This document shows, piece by piece, positions 1 to 11,595 of a DNA stretch of 64,000 bases; positions within the stretch are counted from its first letter, which is position 1; every line of letters starts with the position of its first letter. Where the stretch lies: positions 72,912,001 through 72,976,000 of the forward strand of contig NC_043001.1 in NCBI RefSeq assembly GCF_006345805.1, read 5' to 3'. This DNA is from Octopus sinensis (Eukaryota). Position numbers and translations under genes: made by a program. The notes beneath the pieces are model-generated. The model was not told the origin of the DNA. It searched no databases and saw only the letters and a program-made list of their open reading frames with translations.

Positions 1-396
1 TCATAATTGTAGTATCCTACGCTGATGAGAAAAGAAGTTTGGGTAAGGTAGAATTTTCTAATTCTTATGCTTTCCTAAAACTTGATTTCGAAACCTACGT
101 CCGTAGGTGACTTAAAATTGTATGATAGATTGCCGTCATTTCATTCTCTCTTACCTGTCTGTGTTTGCCTTTCAAGTGCTGTGTTTTTACTGAGATCTCC
201 CTTTTAGTGGAAAGAATAGCTATAACTCTTTGACTGCTATTTCTAAATTCGGTGTGTGGCGAGGCAATTCATTGCTAAACCCTTAATTGCTTAGTATTAC
301 TTAAATTTTCCTGGAATGAGGCTTTTACATGCCGAAATCTACTTGGTGTAATTAATAATTATTCCAAATTAATTAATTTCACCCTTTATTGTTACT
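1..396 (+). mobile_element. 3' part of a hammerhead-bearing Penelope-like/retrozyme-like element, ending at (TA)n
   Basis: Hammerhead followed by several hairpins; 205-385 resembles 30155-30335 and 30957-31136; abuts a (TA)n tract. Confidence 0.6.
11..112 (+). ncRNA. Type I hammerhead ribozyme motif (canonical core, long stem II, minimal stem III)
   Basis: Stem I CCTACG(16-21)/CGTAGG(102-107), extendable by AGT(11-13)/ACT(110-112). Core CTGATGA(22-28). G29-C89 closes a long stem II containing AAGTTT../..AAACTT and the AGAATT-ttct-AATTCT hairpin. GAAA(90-93); stem III AC-ctac-GT; cleavage triplet GTC(99-101). Confidence 0.85.
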
Positions 397-397
397 G

Positions 398-488
<91 letters not shown>

Positions 489-912
489 ATGTATATATAT
501 TGTGTATGTATATATATGTATGTGTATATGTGTGTATGTATATATATGTGTATGTGTATATGTGTGTATGTATATATATGTGTATGTGTATATGTGTGTG
601 TGTATGTATATATATGTATATGTGTATGTGTATGTATATATATATATATATATGTGTGTATGTATATATATATATGTGTATATGTGTATGTGTATGTATA
701 TATATTATATATATGTGTATGTATATATGTATATATATGTGTATGTGTATGTATATATATGTGTATGTGTATGTATATATATATATATATGTGTATGTAT
801 ATATGTATATATCATACGAGTGTGATCGTTGACAGAGTGGGTATTCGACTATGATTGTTACCAGCAATATGTATGTATATGTATGTATGTATATATATAT
901 ATGTATGTATAT

Positions 913-943
<31 letters not shown>

Positions 944-1104
944 TGTATGTATATATATGTATGTAGTATATATATGTATGTATGTATATATATATATGTA
1001 TGTATATGTATGTATATATGTATATGTATGTATATATATATATGTATGTATGTATATGTATGTATGTATGTATGTATGTATATATATATATATATGTATG
1101 TATG

Positions 1105-1135
<31 letters not shown>

Positions 1136-1267
1136 ATGTATGTATATATGTATATGTATGTATATATGTATATGTATGTATATATGTATATGTATGTATG
1201 TATATATATGTATGTATGTATATATGTATATGTATATATGTGTGTGTGTATGTATATGTATATATAT
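397..1267. repeat. Compound (TA)n/(TG)n/(TATG)n microsatellite with a ~58-bp unique insert at 811-868
   Basis: Direct reading; explains the YI/CV-rich ORFs. Confidence 0.98.
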
Positions 1268-2060
1268 CTGTGCATTTTCAGAGAATACTAAACCGTCTGA
1301 TACAGGATCCTGTTTTTAGGAATTCCCAATAAATTATGAATGCCCAAATTCTGAGGTCAGTTATATAATGACATGAAATTAATTACCCATTAGTAAGAAT
1401 TCAAATAAAGTAGCCCTGAAAAGGGTTTTAATGCATTCACAGAGTATATAGAACTTAGAAAGAAATGCTAATAAGGTAACTATACTAAAATCATGAAGCA
1501 TGCTACATAATAACAGGTTAATCAGATAATAAGAATTCAAAGTAAATAACTCTGAAAAGGGCTTTTGTGTGTTCCCAGAGAATATTACCCTCAGGGTGCT
1601 AGTGTTGGTATATTCGTGAATAAGTCACTAATCAAAATAAGTGGATCTATTGTTTAGGAAAATACTAATTACTTGTTTAAGGTTTGTACTGGATAAATTG
1701 CGAAAACAATGCTAACAGTTCAAATACTAAGAAATAAACATACTCAGTTTCATTTTTACCAAATAATTTAGGAAAATGAATGGGATATTTCCCTTGGCTA
1801 TATATAAGGGTCCCTTCCAGGGGTGAATGGGTTATTTTCCTTGGTTTTTAAAAGAAAGTATGTTAGATATATATATAAAGATCCCTTCCAGGGGCCCTAT
1901 TGTTGATTTTTTACAATAATCTGAGTATGCCATGAAGTTTCCAGACAGGAGTTCTACTCACATGTCAAGCTTCATCAAAATCTATAAAACGATGTAGGAG
2001 GAGTTTGGTATCAACTCCAAAATGATACCCACAAACAGAATTCCCATATATGTAGTATAT
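1268..2060 (+). mobile_element. Possible non-autonomous Helitron/Helentron (DINE-like) remnant
   Basis: 3' end 'gtcaagcttcatcaaaatc...aggaggagttt...cacaaacagaatt...tatatgtagtata' resembles DINE/HINE termini; internal degenerate direct repeats (1394-1450 vs 1530-1585; 1779-1823 vs 1826-1894). Confidence 0.4.
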
Positions 2061-2083
2061 ATATATATATATATATATATATA

Positions 2084-2420
2084 GGTGTAAGTGTGGCTAT
2101 GTTAAGAAGTTTGCTTCCCAACCATTTCATTCCAAGTTCAGTCCTACTACGTGACACCTTGAGCAAGTGATTTCTACTATAGCCTTGGGTCAACCAAAGC
2201 CATTGAGTGGATTTGGTAGATGGAAACTGCAAGAAGCCTTTTGTGTGTTTGTGTTTGTCCCCCACCACTGCTTGACAACCAGTGTTGGTATGTTTACATC
2301 CCCATAACTTAGCAGTTCCACAAAAGAGATCAAAAAAAGAAATACCAGTCTTAAGAAAAAAGTACTGGGATCCATTTGACTAAAAAATTCTTCAAGGCGG
2401 TGCTCCAGCTAAAAGATAAA
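2084..2420 (+). mobile_element. tRNA-derived SINE, family A
   Basis: Pol III A/B-box-like head (gtggctatgttaag...gttcagtccta); body matches many other copies in the window, e.g. 56137-56532. Confidence 0.85.
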
Positions 2421-3704
2421 ATACATATATATAGATGTATATGTTGTAGGTGCAGTCTTAGTTGTCTGATTACAAAGTCTGTTTCATTACCGCATGGTTA
2501 TGGATTCAGTTCCACTGTGTGACATGAAATTTTGGGCAAGTGATTTCTAGTACAACCTTGGACCAACCACTTGTCTGTTAGTGGAATTGGTAGATGAAAA
2601 GCCACCATATGTGTACTCTTAGAATAACGATTTAAAATATATTGACAGTGCAGTACAAAACTATTCCTACTGGATAAATTCTGCAGTTATTTCAGTAATA
2701 GCAACTGATCAGATTGATTAGACATGTAATAATTAGTTATTAATACACAATTTAATAATTAATGGAGATTGAACCCAGTTTCCAACTGCTCCAGCAACCA
2801 TTCATTTCAACTTGTCTTCTCAACTCAGTGCAGGTATTAAAACAGATTGTCTTAGTGTTCTTATAATATTTCATCCATTTGTAAAGTTCAACTATTTCTG
2901 CTACTGCAAGAATCCATTCTGTATACAAGATTTGATTTCAAGAATATCTGGCTCCCATTTATTGATTTCTTTAATACTGAACACCAATGTTAGCTGTGTA
3001 AGGAATTCCGTTTGTGATTATAGTATTTTTGAAGTATATACTTAAATATTCATGCTATTCTTTTCTTTTCTTTTTTTTTGTTGTTTTCAGTTTTGTTTAT
3101 ATACAGTTGATCTCAGCTTCTTGTATATGAAATGGTTATTCTAACTTCTCAGTATTAAGAATACTCAGGTGTGTGAAGCTTGCATTCTAACCCTGAGGTC
3201 TCTGTTTCAGTCCCACTGTTTGGCATCTTGAACAAATGTCTTCTACTATAGGGTCAACCCCTGTGAATGCATTTAGTGGACTGAAACTAAAAGAAACCTG
3301 TCGTGTGTGTGTGTACTCTCATTTTGACATCATGTGATAGTTGTAAATGAGTATCACTGTTATATAAGTAATTTTATTAATTTCCATTCTTCTGTGAAAA
3401 ACATGTATGGCCATAGGGAAATATTACCTTGCTTGAAAACAGGTGAGGGTTGGCAACAGGAAGGGCATCTAGCCATAAAATATTTGCCTTAGTGAATTCC
3501 GTCTAACCCATGCAAGCATGGAAAAGTGGATGTTAAACAATGATGATGATGATGACTTCGTTTCATATCTCACCCCTTGTTTTTATTATTATTCGTCTTC
3601 ATTTGATTTTAATGTAAACTGCTCCCCTCCCCAACTCAAAAATTACAACCCATTTTTGTAATTTTCTTATTATGAGACTCACTCTTTGGCTAATAAAAGG
3701 GAAG

Positions 3705-5496
3705 GGCATTGGAAGGATTGTTAGAGCATTGAACAAAATACCTTGCAAATGTTTCTCCTAGCTCTTTGAATTTTAAGTTAAGTCCAGTGTAGGTCAACTT
3801 GCCTTTCCTCCCTTTAGAGTCGATTAGATAAAATACCAGTCAGATACTGGGTCATAGTAGTAACTAACACCCTCCTCTTCAAAATTGCTGGCCTTGTTCC
3901 TAAATCAGAAACTACTATTATTGGTAGGGATCTGGCAAAATTGTTGAAGTGTCAGAAAAAATATTCTTTCTGTGATATTTTTTCCCATTTTTTTACTTTT
4001 TGAGTTCAAATCTTGTTGAAGTCAACTTTGATTTTCATCTTTCCAGAGTTGATAAAATAAAGTGCAAGTAGCAGGGTCGATGAGATTGACGAAACCTTTC
4101 CCTCAAAATTGCTAGCCTTGCACCTGAATCAGCAACTATTATTATTTCAAAAGTTTTTGTATCTCACCCCTATGATGGAATTTAGGTGGGTTTACTCTTA
4201 GATAACAAGTCACCACCTGTAACCTCCGTCATCCAAAGATTTGCAAATGATCTACACTGTTCCTAAGAAGTAGGCAAGTTTCATGTATTCAATATGCTTC
4301 TGCTAGCCAATCTTTTCTGACTACTTGAGCCTCTTCCACATTGTTCTTAAGGCTCCAATGATGATGATGATATTATTATTATTGTTATTATCTAAGGCAG
4401 CAAGGTGGCAGAATTGTTATCACACCAGGTGAAATGCTTAGCAGTATTTCATCTGCCACTACTTTCTGAGTTCAAATTCCACCAAAGTTGACTTTGCCTG
4501 TCATCCTTTTGGGGTTAATAAGTTAAATACCAGTTGTGTACTAGGGTCGATGTAATTGATTTAGTCCTTCCCTCAAAATTTCAGGCCTTGTGCCTATAGT
4601 AGAAAGGATTATTATTATTATTATTCTATGTTTGACTTTTGCCTTACATTTGTTCAAATTGGCTCCAAGTCTCACCCAGAGACCTTAAGAGACAACAAGT
4701 TGGAAGTTCATGTTGGTGTTATGCCTAGGGTGCCATATATTTGGTTTTGTACTTAGTGTTGTACTTGTGAATGTCTAAAAAAGCATACAAAAATTATGTT
4801 TGTTTTAAAACTTGAAATTACATAGAAAGTATTTTGCATAAGATATGAGCAGTTCCCATGAGCACTATCTTTTGAATTTCTGTCATTTTTGGGTTTCCTG
4901 GTATCTGAGTTAGGTAGCGATCAGCCCCTTTTGCTATCATTCCCAGGGCACCTATGACAACAGGTATTGATTTAGTCTTCAGGTTCAACATATTGCTTAT
5001 TTCTATTTCAAGATCTTTGTATTTGCTCAGATTTTGGTAGGTCTTGACAGATATGTTTATATCGATTGGGACAGTCATATCAATGAGGAGGCATGTTTTT
5101 TGTCTGAAGTCTTTCAATATGAAGTCTGGCCTATTCGCATCTATCTTTCTGTCAGTTTGAATGGTGAAGTTCCAGAGGAGTGAGATGTGGTCATTTTCAA
5201 GCACTGGATGTGGTTTGTGTTCCCACCAGTTTTTTATCGTGGGGCAAGTCCAGGCTTTTGAAAATTACCCAGTGAATATATTGTGCAGCTCTATCATGCC
5301 TGTTGAAATACTCTGTAGGTGCAAGAAGACTGCACTTGGAGACAACATGATCAATGGTTTCATTTTGTTGTTGACATACACGACATGTTGTGCTACTGCC
5401 GTTCTTTAATATGTTAGCCTTGTAGTTCCTTGTAGGTAGGCATTGATCTTGAGCTGCTATGATAAACCCTTCTGTTTCAGATTTTAAGCCAGAGAC

Positions 5497-5535
<39 letters not shown>

Positions 5536-6420
5536 AGGCAGTGAGCTGGCAGAATCATTAACATGCTGGACAAAATGCTTAGCAGTATTTAGTCTGTCGC
5601 TGCATTCTGAGTTCAAATTCCACCAAGGTCGACTTTTCCTTTTATCCTTTTGGGGGTTGATTAATTGAGAACCAGTCAAGTACTGGGGTCGATATAATGA
5701 CTACCCCCTCCCCCCAAATTCCAGGCCCTATGCCTATAGTAGAAAGGATTATTATTATTATATAAGGCAGCGAGCTGGCAGAATTGTTAGCATGCCAGGT
5801 GAAATGCTTAGTGGTATTTTGTCTGCTGATACCTTCTGAGTTCAAATTCCACTGAGGTTCACTTTGCCTTTCATCCTCTCAGGGTCAATAAAATAAGTAC
5901 CAGTTAAACAGTAGGGTCTATGTAATCAATTCATCCCCTCCCCCAAAATTGCTGCCTTTGTGGCAAAAGTTGAAACTATTAGTATTATTATTATAGCAGT
6001 AACCTAGCAGAGTTATTAGCATACTGGACAAAATGCTTAGTGGCATTTCATCTATCTGTGTTTTGAGTTCTAATTCCACTGAGATCATCCTTGCTTTTGT
6101 CCTTTCAGGGCTGATGAAATAAGTACCAGTCACGCACTGGAGTCAATGCAATCAACTAGCTCCCTCCCACAAAATTCCAACTCTTGTGCCTTCAGTAGAA
6201 AGGATTATTGTTATTAAGCTGGCAGAATCATTAGAGTGTCTGATGTAATGTTTAGCTGGCTCTTTATGTTCTAAACTCAAATCTCAATGAGGTCAGCTTT
6301 GCTTTTCATCCTTTCAGGACCAATAAAATAAGTGCTAGTCAAGCACTAGGGTTGATGTAATTAACTAACCCGCTTCCCACTAAAATTGCTGGCTTTGTAC
6401 CAAAACCTGAAACCATTGTT
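3705..6420 (+). mobile_element. Head-to-tail cluster of about 7 SINE family B copies with (ATT)n tails, interrupted by a Dong/R4 element
   Basis: Recurrent 'aaggcagcgagctggcagaat...ttctgagttcaaattccac...gactttgcctttcatcc...agaaaggattattatt' at about 3705, 3925, 4394, 5536, 5764, 5995 and 6217. Confidence 0.85.
4626..5497 (-). mobile_element. 5'-truncated R4/Dong-clade non-LTR retrotransposon (CCHC + restriction-like endonuclease), frameshifted
   Basis: ETEGFIIAAQDQ...CRVC...ETIDHVVSKC...RHD, then LLWNFTIQTDRKIDANRPD...CLLIDMTVP...KYKDL...IPVVIGALG; stop at 4818; (ATT)n on both flanks. Confidence 0.9.
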
Positions 6421-8644
6421 GTTGTTAGTATTATTGTTATTGCCTGCCGTAAAAGCACATCACATGAAACATTTTCATGTCATGGAACCTCAAATGTTAA
6501 AACTGTTTGGCATGTCATTCTCAAAACGTTGTCATCTACAAAGACTCTAACATATTTTCAAAAAATTCCTTCCAAACAATATATTAAGTAATATCTATGT
6601 TCTAAGAGCAAACTGGAACACTTGTTGAAGTTTTGCATCAATTTCAAATCTCTGTAAGGTCAAAATATTTCAATAACATGTAGGAATGCTAGTGTCTTCA
6701 AAACTCAGCATGTCTCCACAGCTACACAGCTGGATTTTTCTATGTAAAAAGACAGAAAAAAAAGGGAAAAGGAATTAAGAAAAATCATGCTTAACTTCGA
6801 AGGTTTTAATGTTTATTATTTTCCAGACAACTTGATCATTAAAGATGTTTGCATCAGTATCATTTCTGACTGCCATCAAGCATCTTTTTCTTGGACTTGT
6901 ATGTTGTCTTAGTGGTCTAGTGGATAAGTACATTATTATCTTTTGTCTAATAATCAAGGTTCCTAGTTCAAATATAGTTAGGTACTGCAGAATAAAACAT
7001 TCGGTGATGATCAGACGTCAAGTTGTTTAATGCGAATGAATATTAAATATTTTAATGTTTAATATTAAGGAATATTACAGGCACAAAATAATTTACAGGC
7101 ACAAAAATATGTTTGTGTCTCCATGTCTTGATATTGTGATCTAACTGTAAACAAATGCCACCTTTATGAAGTATTGCATTTGTTTGCAGTTATCTGGAAA
7201 AAATGTTTGGCCTTTGTAATGTTTGTGTTTGCAAGTTTGCCTGGAAACGTATGAGGTGGTTAACAAGAGGAAGAGCATCTGGTCAAAGAAAATTTGTCCC
7301 TGAATTTCATCTGACCTAAGTGTGGAAAAGTGGATGTTAAAACTGTGATGTTGATGGTGGCATTGAAAGCTTTAGGTGTGAAACCTGCCTTATGTCTTGT
7401 AGGATAGTCTCTTATTCTCAGTGCTACTGATATAAAACAATTCAATATATAAGATGTCCCCTTATACTCATCATTGTATTCCATTTCTTTCAACTGTGGC
7501 TCTAACCAAGTATAAGCGTGCAAATCCAAATAGCCAGTCAACTGCGTGTGTGTTGGGCAGTGAATTAGATCTTTTACTGTCATTTGCATTAATTAACTTG
7601 TTTTCGTTTCTTTTACTGATCTCGTTTTTTCTTTCTTTCTTTTCTTTAAATAATAAACGAGACAGTAAGAGACTTGATAAAGAATGTCGGACAGGTTGGA
7701 ACACTATTTTTTGATTATTTTTTTGTTTAGGAGATTAATGAAGAAAATTACCAAAGTATTTATTATCTTTGTCTTTTAGTTTAACTAAATGTTTAGTTCT
7801 GAATCTAGACCTAAATGATAATATAGAATAAGACAGCTGTGCAGATAATTAAAGAGTTTCAGCATTTGTTAATTTCTTGTCAACTAATTTCTATACTTTT
7901 TTCTCCCTATACCTGCTTCAATACTCTCCCTCTCCCCCTCTCTCTTTGTTTCTTTTATGTGAAATGGAAATGTAAGAACCATGTCAAGCTATTTACAAAA
8001 GCGTAACAAAACACAGAAAAATACAACTTTGAAGCTAAATAGTTCAGTTTAACAACTGTGCAAAAATAACTGGACTGTTATGTAATAAGAAATGGTGGTG
8101 CTGAGGGTGGGTGTGATGATGATGGTTTGATGATGGTGACGGTGGTGTGCAGGTGGGTGTTTAAATGGTGGTGTAGTGTTAGATGTGATGGTAATACTTT
8201 TGATGGCAGTGGTTTTGGTTGTGGTGGTGGATATGACACTGGTAGAGGTGGTGGTAGTGATGATGTTGGTATTAGTAACAAATTGGTGACAGGGCCCTTG
8301 AGATATTGTATTATGTCAAATTGAAATGTATAAGGATATTCTAAATTTGCTGCACTTGTTTTCTAATTTTAACTAGTTGCAGCATCAGCAGCAGTAATAG
8401 TAGTAGTGATAGTGTTGGTCATGATTGTGGGTGGGGAAATTGTGTTAATGAAACTTTATACCATAACATTATCTTTTCATATACATTTTACCTAATTGTT
8501 AGTGTTGCAAATTTGTTATAATGCCAACAATTCAATATTGGTGATAATTAAGCATATGTTGTCACATGCACACAGATGTGTATATATGCCTTCACCTCTG
8601 CTAATGTTTTTAAAAGTTCATTGCTTCATGGAAAAAATTATTCT

Positions 8645-9125
8645 TGAGACACCAAAATATTGGCTTCAAACTTTGGCACAAGGCCAGCAAATTCGGGGAA
8701 GTGGATAAGTTGATTACATTGACCCCAGTATCCTGCTGGTACTTATTTTATCGGCCCTGGAATGATGAAAGACAATGTCAACCTCGGGAGAATTTGAACT
8801 CAGAATGTAAAGAAGGACGAAATGCTACTAAGCATTTTGCTTGGCATGCTAATGATTCTGCCACCTTCCCACCTTCTGAGACACCAAAATATTGGCTTCA
8901 AACTTTGGCACAAGGCCAGCAAATTCGGGGAAGTGGATAAGTTGATTACATTGACCCCAGTATCCTGCTGGTACTTATTTTATCGGCCCTGGAATGATGA
9001 AAGACAATGTCAACCTCGGGAGAATTTGAACTCAGAATGTAAAGAAGGACGAAATGCTACTAAGCATTTTGCTTGGCATGCTAATGATTCTGCCACCTTC
9101 CCACCTTCTGAGACACCAAAATATT
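8645..9125 (-). repeat. Exact 232-bp tandem dimer of a family B SINE
   Basis: 8645-8876 appears identical to 8877-9108; the 17-mer TGAGACACCAAAATATT occurs at 8645, 8877 and 9109. Confidence 0.92.
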
Positions 9126-9207
9126 AATAATTATTGTAAGTTCACCAGTAATTGTTCTAAAACCAAATGTTTACAGTGCAGCCTGTAGTCTTTAATCCTG
9201 ATTGCCA

Positions 9208-9499
9208 TAACCCTTTAGCATTCAGATTACTCTGTCAAATGTAATGCTTCTTTATTCACATTGTTTTCAATTAATCAAGCATTAATTGTTTAATCAAGCA
9301 TTAATTGTTATGATGCTTTACTCACATTGTTTTGAATTAATCAAGCGTTCTCACAGTTTTGAGATTTCAATAATGTGACTGTTTATTTTTAGAATGATAT
9401 TGTAGGGTAGGTGTGAGAGGCTGGATCTGGTCAGTTTGAACATAAAACTGGCAGAATATTTAGGCTGGATAGGGCCGGTTTAAATGCTAAAGGATTAAT
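9208..9499. mobile_element. piggyBac-like MITE (family 1)
   Basis: Ends taaCCCTTTAGCATT...AATGCTAAAGGAttaa; an inverted copy lies at 34375-34598. Confidence 0.7.
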
Positions 9500-9889
9500 T
9501 TCTCAATACACTGTCGAAGGAAATACAAAGGCTTCTTAGCAGAATTTCTAAAAGCACTCAGTCTTATATACTTTTTACCATTAATCTGACGACCTTATCA
9601 TCAGTTGGCTAAAGTCAGTTCATACTAACTGAAAATATATGCCACTTCCAGTTAGTGAACAATTAGCATTTGCAATGAGTACACAAGATATGTCCCCCCC
9701 CCATCATCTTTTGACAACCAGTGTTGGTGTGTTTGCATCCCTGTAACTTAGTGGTTTGGCTAAAGAGATCAATAAAATAAGTACTAGACTTAAGAAATAA
9801 GTCCTAGTGTCAGTTTGTTCAATTAAAACCTTTCAAAGTAGTGCTCTTGCATGACTGCAGTCAAATGACTGGAACAAGTTTTAAAGAAA

Positions 9890-9925
<36 letters not shown>

Positions 9926-9927
<2 letters not shown>

Positions 9928-10238
9928 AGGCGCAATAGCCCAGTGGTTATGGCAGCGGACTCGCGGTCGGAGAATTGCGGTTTCAATTCTCAGACCGGGC
10001 GTTGTGAGTGTTTATTGAGCGAAAACACCTAAAGCTCCACGAGGCTCCAGCAGGGGGGTGGTGGCAAACCCTGCTGTACTCTTTCGCCACAACTTTCTCT
10101 CACTCTTTCTTCTGTTGGCCTGCTCACTTAGCCAGCGGGGTGGCGTCATTTGAAGGCTAAAAACAATGCGAAGCGCATTGTGACCGGCGATGTGTAGCAA
10201 CATCTGATAGCCTGGTCGGTCACGGTGATCACGGTGAT
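9926..10238 (+). mobile_element. Young CpG-rich tRNA-derived SINE inserted in (TA)n (possibly octopus OR type)
   Basis: tRNA-like head GGAGGCGCAATAGCCCAGTGGTTA...GGTTTCAATTCTC, short repeated tail (TCACGGTGA)x2, (TA)n on both sides. Confidence 0.85.
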
Positions 10239-10330
10239 ATATATATATATGTATGACAAACTGTTATCGCAAAAAAAAAAAAGCAGATGTAAAATTATAA
10301 TGACATTTCATTTTAGTTTTGTTGTTGTTC

Positions 10331-11345
10331 TGGGTTGTCTGTGTTTCAGCTCTTTCCTGCAGCTTAGAGCTGCAACACTTCCCCAGCTTAGACATGCAAC
10401 ACATATACTGTTCCAAATATGGCCACCAACTATGTGTTTCCAGTGATACCTGATACAAGTTACCAAGTTTTTGCTTCCTTTGAGATGGTTCTGAGTGCAC
10501 ACATTACAATGGGTGTCACACTCACTCTTTATTCTCTATGAATATGCTCCACTTCAAATGCCAAGTCTTGATACCTTTTCACTTCTTCATTCAATGTCTT
10601 CACAATGTTCTGATCTGCAGGTACTGTTATGTCAATGAGGATGCATTCTCATTTCTGGTCAATTATGTTGCAGCTTCATATGCATGTAGATAGTCATATT
10701 CCAGTTGGGTTTCATTTGATCATTGTTAGTGACTCACAATGATTGGTGTTTGTGCCACTTGTTAGTACAAGGGGACACTGAAAAGTTCCTGGCTTTAAGA
10801 TATTGTGAAAGGCCTGGTTGGAAGCCCAACCATCTGAGAATTTTTACAAGACTTAGAAAAACTGAAGGACCATTGCAATAAAAGTGTGTGAGTCTGAGAG
10901 TGAAATATGTTGAATAAGATCATAACTGATCCTTGTGTATTTTCTTTTACTCAAAGTCAGGAACTCTTCAGCACCCCCTCGTACACTCTTGCCTACACAT
11001 CCTGCATGTCTTCCCATGTACTCACTTTTTCATGGCATTCTTTTGTACTGCATCCAGGCTAGTTTTGAACACCCACTAACTACATGTCAAATTGTTTCAG
11101 ATGTTTCTACACAATCTACACAGTATTATTTCTGATGTCTTGTCCATGCTGTACTTGAATGCATTAGTTTGTAAACTTGTTCTTGCACAAGTTTCAAGCC
11201 TTCTGTCTTCTTTGAAAATCCATGACTTAGCCATCTCCAGGATTCTTTATCAGATACATCTGATGTTTGTTAGACACTTTCCATGTTGAACTTTCTCTTT
11301 ACAGTTATATTGGTGAACTTTTTCTCATCAGTCCTCTTTTTTTAC
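10331..11345 (-). mobile_element. Older decayed R4/Dong-like retrotransposon 3' end, interrupted by a mariner MITE
   Basis: Minus-strand fragments WRWL..KKTEGL..CRLC..HVVSGCSKLA and ECILIDITVPADQNI..RYQDLAFEV..TPIVMCALRTI, with stops and frameshifts; (TTG)n flanks. Confidence 0.75.
10768..10981. mobile_element. Mariner-derived MITE
   Basis: TIRs CAAGGGGACACTGAAAAGTTCCTG / CAGGAACTCTTCAGCACCCCCTCG with TA on both sides; second copy at 54114-54334. Confidence 0.85.
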
Positions 11346-11364
11346 TGTTGTTGCTGTTGTTGTT

Positions 11365-11595
11365 ATGTGGAAAGCTGGCTGAATCATCAGCATTCCAGGT
11401 AAAATGCTTAGCAGCATTTCGTTTGTCTTTACATTCTGAGTTCAAATTCCGTCAAGGTTGACTTTAGCCATCATCCTTTCGGGGTCAATAAATTAACTAC
11501 CAGTGAAACACTGGGCTTGATGTAATCAACTAGTCTCTCCCACCCAGATTTCAGGCTTGGTGCCTTTAGTAGAAAGGATTATTATTATTATTATC
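11365..11595 (+). mobile_element. SINE family B
   Basis: Same body and (ATT)n tail as the 4394-4625 copy. Confidence 0.8.

Noticed and set aside
379-1332. Long YI/HT/CV-rich ORFs (up to 298 aa)
   Set aside because: Translations of TA/TG microsatellites that lack stops by composition.
9926-10000. tRNA-like sequence
   Set aside because: Continues into a SINE body and tail; no proper cloverleaf or terminator, so not a tRNA gene.
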